From Alphaproteobacteria bacterium (lineage in GTDB: Bacteria; Pseudomonadota; Alphaproteobacteria; Rs-D84; CACZYB01): a stretch of 55,598 nt of DNA. The notes under the pieces were generated by a model that saw only the letters and a list, made by a program, of their open reading frames with translations, had not been told where the DNA came from and made no database searches. Shown here piece after piece: positions 51,181 through 55,598 of this stretch. The translations under genes and the position numbers were made by a program. Numbering within the stretch: position 1 is the first letter of the stretch; every line of letters starts with the position of its first letter. The stretch spans positions 1-55,598 of the forward strand of contig WQWV01000003.1 of NCBI GenBank assembly GCA_009785175.1, written 5' to 3'.

Positions 51181-53163
51181 ATGAGGAAGTTTGGGAAAAT
51201 CGCGGTGTTCGGCCTCTCGCTTTTGGCGGGAGGTGTTGCCGTCAATGCTCAACGTGCATCTACAAGCGCCAGCGCCCGCGCGGCCGCCTCAACCGAAACC
51301 GTCATGCGCGTGCCGACCGAGGCGCAGTGTCAGCAGAAAATGGACTATTGCTTCAACGAATTCTGTTGGGGCGGGCTTGTCGGCGAGAGATCGCGCGGCA
51401 CGAACATCTGCTATCAAAAGGGAATTCCGCAAATCGTGGACGGCGTGAACGAATGCCTTAAACTCCGCGACGCGATCGAAAACGTTTCCTATAGCCGCAC
51501 GTGTCAACGCTGGGCATACAACTATATCGCGTCCTTGAAGGGGCGCATGCCGACTATGGACGCAATTCACGCCCAAGGAACCGGCGAGTGCCAGCGCGCC
51601 AGCCGACATCTTGACGCCGCGCGCCGCTGCTATAACATAATGATGGCGCACGACGGGTCGATCGATCCCGGACTTCGCGCAAGGCTTGACATGGCCTGCG
51701 GGCCGCTCGGCGGCGGAAACGACGATATGGTCGAGCGATTCTTGACCGCCGGCGATTACGGCAAGGCCAACATCGGAGCGCAAGAGGACATGCTTCGCAC
51801 CGGCCAGATGACCGCCAAACAATCCAACTGGCGCCAGCTTGTCGAAGCGGTTTTGGCAAGCTATATCGACATCGCGCAAAGCAAGTGCGGCCAAGAGGAC
51901 TACCGCATAACGCGCGTCAACGAATACGCCCCCGACGACAGAATGAACCTTGCCATGCTGCGCGAAATCGCGGCGGCCGAGGCGCAGGGGCGCGAGATGG
52001 GCAACCGAGCAGTCAACAACTTGTTCCGCGAGAGCGATTGTTTGAACACCCCTCTGCCCCACGGTGGCAAGCAATGGTATTACGCGTTCGGCCAATCGCC
52101 CGACTGCCGCATAATCTGTATCGACGGGTGGAGAGTTGGCAAGGATTCCGCAACATGCGAAGTCGACGAGGAGCTATTCAAACAGCGCGCCGGAATCGGC
52201 GGGTTCGAGGGGCCCTATTACGGCTTCAACGTTCACGGCGACTATCGCGCCATCATACGCCAAAGCTGGGATTTCCAGGGCGTGCCGGTAGAAGTCGGAG
52301 AAGTGCCGGAAACCGGAAACTTCGGCACGTGCGACAAGAGTATTGCGCCCTCGAGGACTTTCGCTATGAGCAAGGACGGAATCTGTGGCCTATTCAAGCG
52401 TCCGGACGGGACATGCCGTTCCTATTACCGCGTGGAGCTTAACGCGCCGACCCGCGTGCGGGCCCAAACCGTCGGGCAATGCAGCCGCGGGCACAACCGA
52501 TTCTGTATCGGAAATCCCGCCAACACCGGGCCCGAGCATTTCTGTTTCGGTCGCGCGGCCGGCCATCTTGGCAGCGTCGAATTCTGGGCCCAGGTGAGCG
52601 TCGCGGACATAGTGCGCGAGCTTAAATACACCGGAGCACACAACAACCTTATCGAATTCGATTATACGAAGGGGACGCTTTCCGGCTGGGTCGCGCAGGT
52701 GTGCGGCTGTCGTGTCGGCGGTGGAGGCGGCGGCGGAGCAAGGACTACTACGGCAACTCCCGCTCCGTCGGTCGATGCAACGACACCACCTGCAACCCAG
52801 CCTGGTGCGACCGCAAGACGCAGCGATACCCGTTTCGCCAACTGCAACGCTTTTTGGCAGCAAAGCACGGCCGCCTTCCGTTTTGTTGTCGAAGGCAAGG
52901 CCGCGGGCGGCTTAATGGGATTCCTCAACCGCGCGGAATGGAGAGTTTATATCGCCGGCACCGATCCTAAGAATCCCGCCAACACTATTGACGTCGCGAA
53001 ATATTTCACACCCAAGACGGGCGTTGAATACGATTGCAGAAGGGGCCGGCCGAATGAAAGCTTCCGATGTATGGGCGGCGGAAATACCTGGAGCATGAAT
53101 AAAAAGGAAGCCTGCCAAATCAACAGTCTTATCCACGGCCCGAACCTTCTTATCGGGATTTAG
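51181..53163 (+). CDS. Secreted Cys-rich protein
   Basis: Signal peptide; many cysteines; poly-Gly and Thr/Pro linker before a small C-terminal domain. Confidence 0.8.
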   Translation: MRKFGKIAVFGLSLLAGGVAVNAQRASTSASARAAASTETVMRVPTEAQCQQKMDYCFNEFCWGGLVGERSRGTNICYQKGIPQIVDGVNECLKLRDAIENVSYSRTCQRWAYNYIASLKGRMPTMDAIHAQGTGECQRASRHLDAARRCYNIMMAHDGSIDPGLRARLDMACGPLGGGNDDMVERFLTAGDYGKANIGAQEDMLRTGQMTAKQSNWRQLVEAVLASYIDIAQSKCGQEDYRITRVNEYAPDDRMNLAMLREIAAAEAQGREMGNRAVNNLFRESDCLNTPLPHGGKQWYYAFGQSPDCRIICIDGWRVGKDSATCEVDEELFKQRAGIGGFEGPYYGFNVHGDYRAIIRQSWDFQGVPVEVGEVPETGNFGTCDKSIAPSRTFAMSKDGICGLFKRPDGTCRSYYRVELNAPTRVRAQTVGQCSRGHNRFCIGNPANTGPEHFCFGRAAGHLGSVEFWAQVSVADIVRELKYTGAHNNLIEFDYTKGTLSGWVAQVCGCRVGGGGGGGARTTTATPAPSVDATTPPATQPGATARRSDTRFANCNAFWQQSTAAFRFVVEGKAAGGLMGFLNRAEWRVYIAGTDPKNPANTIDVAKYFTPKTGVEYDCRRGRPNESFRCMGGGNTWSMNKKEACQINSLIHGPNLLIGI

Positions 53164-53284
53164 AACTTGACTTTACCTTAATCCTCTCATATACTCCCGC
53201 ACGTCAACTGGGAGCGGCCATTGGCGCCAAATTAATCCGCTAAGCCGTGGCCTACGCCGCGCCAACCAAAAAAGAATATACAAT

Positions 53285-54970
53285 ATGACCAAAAAAAATG
53301 TCGCCACCATGGCAATCGACAGCAACTTCACGACCGGTGAAAACTTCGCGGAACTCTTCGCCGAATCAGAATCGAAAAACAAGAAACTCGAGGGCTATTC
53401 CACAAAGGGAACCGTCGTCGCGGTATCCGACGAATACGTCGTCGTCAACGTCGGCCTTAAGTCCGAAGCTCATATCCCCCTTAAAGAATTTAGGAACGAA
53501 GAAGTAAAGGTCGGCGACATCGTCGACGTATATGTAGAGCGTTATGAAAACGCCGAAGGCCTTATGCTTGCTTCGCGCGAACGCGCCCGCAAAGAAGAAT
53601 TCTGGCGCGAGATGGAATCGCAAATCGCCGACAACAAAATCCTCAAGGGAGAAATCGTCGAGCGCGTGCGCGGCGGATTCACCGTCGACCTCAACGGCCT
53701 TATGGCTTTCATGCCTTCGTCCCAGCTTGACGTCGTGCCGGTCAAGGACATCACCCCCTATCTCAACAAACCCATGGACTTCAAGGTCATCAAAGTCGAC
53801 AAGCTTCGTTCGAACCTTATTGTTTCCCATCGCGCAATCATGGAAGGCGACCGCGAATCCAAGCGCGCGGAAATCCTTTCCAAAATCAAGGTCGGCGACG
53901 TTATGGAAGGCGCAATCAAGAACATCACCGACTATGGCATGTTCATCGATTTGGGCGGCATAGACGGCCTTCTCCACATCACGGACATTTCGTGGAAGCG
54001 CGTTTCCAACCCCGCGGAAATCTTCACCATCGGTCAGAAATTGAAAGTGAAAGTAATCCACTTCGACATAGAAACCGGCCGCATCAGCCTTGGCATGAAG
54101 CAGCTTGAGAACGACCCGTGGACTTCGGGCTTCGGCTTTGAAATCGGCAAAACCTATACCGGAAAGGTTACCAACCTTACCGACTATGGCGCGTTCGTCG
54201 ACCTTGGCAACGGGGTCGAGGGCCTTATCCACGTATCCGAGCTTTCCTGGACCAAGCGCAACGTCGCGCCGAACAAAATCCTTAGCAACGGAGAGGAAGT
54301 CAAGGTCATGGTGCTTGAAATCGACATGGACAAGCGCCGCATCAGCCTTGGGTTGAAGCAGACCAAGCAGAATCCTTGGGCCGAGTTCGCCAGCAGCCAC
54401 GAGGCCGGCGACATCATTGAGGGCGAGGTCAAGAACATCACCGAGTTCGGCGTGTTCATATCCCTTGGCCACGACATGGACGGCATGGTGCACGTGTCCG
54501 ACCTTAGCTGGGACAAGACGCCCGATGTGGCCGTCAAATCATTCGCCAAAGGCCAGGTGGTCAAGGCCAAAATCCTTGAAATCGACACGGACAAAGAGCG
54601 CATTTCGCTTGGCATCAAGCAGCTTGAGAAAGACGTGGTCGCCGAGTCAATCGGAAACGTCAAGAAGGGCCAGGTGGTCACAGCCCACGTCATCGATACC
54701 CGCGACGACGGCGTTGTGGTCGAAGTCGACGGAATTCAGGGCTTCATAAAAGCGTCCGAGCTTTCCCGCAACCGTTCCGAGCAGAAGCCCGAGCGTTTTG
54801 CGGTCGGCGAAAAAATCGACGCGAAAATCGTCGGAATCGACACCGCCGGCAAAATGCTTTCGCTTTCCGTCAAGGCATACGAAATCGACGAAGAGAAGAA
54901 GCTTGCGAAGGAATACGGGTCGTCCGATTCCGGTGCGTCGCTTGCGGATATTCTTGGAGCCAAGCGTTAA
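53285..54970 (+). CDS. rpsA: 30S ribosomal protein S1
   Basis: Repeated S1 domains (KNITDYGMFIDLGGIDGLLHITDISW; RISLG.KQ). Confidence 0.98.
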   Translation: MTKKNVATMAIDSNFTTGENFAELFAESESKNKKLEGYSTKGTVVAVSDEYVVVNVGLKSEAHIPLKEFRNEEVKVGDIVDVYVERYENAEGLMLASRERARKEEFWREMESQIADNKILKGEIVERVRGGFTVDLNGLMAFMPSSQLDVVPVKDITPYLNKPMDFKVIKVDKLRSNLIVSHRAIMEGDRESKRAEILSKIKVGDVMEGAIKNITDYGMFIDLGGIDGLLHITDISWKRVSNPAEIFTIGQKLKVKVIHFDIETGRISLGMKQLENDPWTSGFGFEIGKTYTGKVTNLTDYGAFVDLGNGVEGLIHVSELSWTKRNVAPNKILSNGEEVKVMVLEIDMDKRRISLGLKQTKQNPWAEFASSHEAGDIIEGEVKNITEFGVFISLGHDMDGMVHVSDLSWDKTPDVAVKSFAKGQVVKAKILEIDTDKERISLGIKQLEKDVVAESIGNVKKGQVVTAHVIDTRDDGVVVEVDGIQGFIKASELSRNRSEQKPERFAVGEKIDAKIVGIDTAGKMLSLSVKAYEIDEEKKLAKEYGSSDSGASLADILGAKR

Positions 54971-54993
54971 GGTTGTTTTCGAGTGTAAATCGA

Positions 54994-55023
54994 ATCCCCT
55001 GGGCAGCCGGGGGATTTTTTTGT
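54994..55023 (+). terminator. Intrinsic terminator after rpsA (duplicated at 55435)
   Basis: ATCCCCTGGGCAGCCGGGGGATTTTTTTGT. Confidence 0.85.
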
Positions 55024-55027
55024 TTTC

Positions 55028-55090
55028 GTCATACCGGGCAACGACCCGGTATCTAGTCAGCTTGGATTCCGGCTCGGGGGCCGGAATGAC
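55028..55090. repeat. REP-like inverted dimer
   Basis: GTCATACCGGGCAACGACCCGGTATCTA...TGGATTCCGGCTCGGGGGCCGGAATGAC. Confidence 0.88.
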
Positions 55091-55104
55091 GGGATATTTT
55101 TCTC

Positions 55105-55135
55105 TTGACAAAATGATGGCGGGGGGGGGGAGATT
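55105..55135 (+). promoter_or_regulatory. Promoter-like element with G10 tract
   Basis: TTGACA-AAATGATGGC-G10-AGATT; downstream GTCTATAGA shared with the copy at 19685. Confidence 0.55.
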
Positions 55136-55167
55136 CGTCTATAGACAACAAATAAAAAGGACCCGAA

Positions 55168-55413
55168 ATGAAATGTATTTATAAAAATGACTGTGAGTGC
55201 GAGCAGAGCCAGGAATGCTTTAAGGTTATAGGAGCCGAAAATTTGGACCAATTAATGAAAAATGTAAACATGGCTCTTTATATGCCCTATAATGCGAGCA
55301 AAGGCGTTGACAAGTCCGCTCGCTATGAATTGGCGGGAGTTATGGTTTATGCCGCGGGCGGAGGCTTCTTTCAGCCGATACGTTGTATCAGAGCGACCGC
55401 TGTGCGCGGCTAA
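55168..55413 (+). CDS. Small hypothetical Cys-containing protein
   Basis: SD AAAGGA; 81 aa; followed by a terminator. Confidence 0.6.
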   Translation: MKCIYKNDCECEQSQECFKVIGAENLDQLMKNVNMALYMPYNASKGVDKSARYELAGVMVYAAGGGFFQPIRCIRATAVRG

Positions 55414-55434
55414 TCAATATAACTGTTTTTGAAT

Positions 55435-55464
55435 ATCCCCTGAGCAGCCGGGGGATTTTTTTGT
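55435..55464 (+). terminator. Intrinsic terminator, 29/30 identical to 54994..55023
   Basis: ATCCCCTGAGCAGCCGGGGGATTTTTTTGT. Confidence 0.85.
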
Positions 55465-55598
55465 ATCTCGTTATTACCCAAATCTTGAACTCCGGGCGGG
55501 TAAGCTAGGACGCAGGCCGCAGCGAACCGGGGTCCCGGGGTTGAAGATTTATAGCTTAGAGCACCTTCGGTGCGTGGGGCGCGCTTCGCTTAAATAAC

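Overview
Chromosomal window from a bacterium that is most likely an alphaproteobacterium (inferred from a DUF3126-like protein, the rpoB/rpoC and Ssb sequence style, and lipid A genes lpxK/waaA). The backbone is housekeeping: rpoB 3' end, rpoC, nrdG, pyrC, rpsP-rimM-trmD, rpmB-rpmG, ssb, dnaE, secA, tadA, recO, parC, an alr-like gene, lpxK, sufE, waaA, ffh, pgm, SRP RNA, a murF-like gene and rpsA. It is repeatedly interrupted by orphan genes and by several families of short palindromic intergenic repeats. The most notable observations are: (1) four orphan genes, each behind a TTGACA promoter with a G9-G10 tract in the spacer, all at non-17-bp spacing (candidate phase-variable regulon); (2) a two-gene atypical sigma-like module (sigma2-only protein plus a sigma2-(sigma4)x3 protein) between pgm and ffh; (3) a tandem MurE-MurE fusion divergent from an atypical racemase; (4) a tandem array of 6+2 diverged paralogs of unknown families after rpoC; (5) a candidate small RNA, a tRNA 3' fragment beside a phage-like AP2 gene, and many leaderless promoters. 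No CRISPR array, rRNA, complete tRNA, integrase, transposase or reverse transcriptase was recognised. All family assignments are by eye from motifs; no database searches were run.
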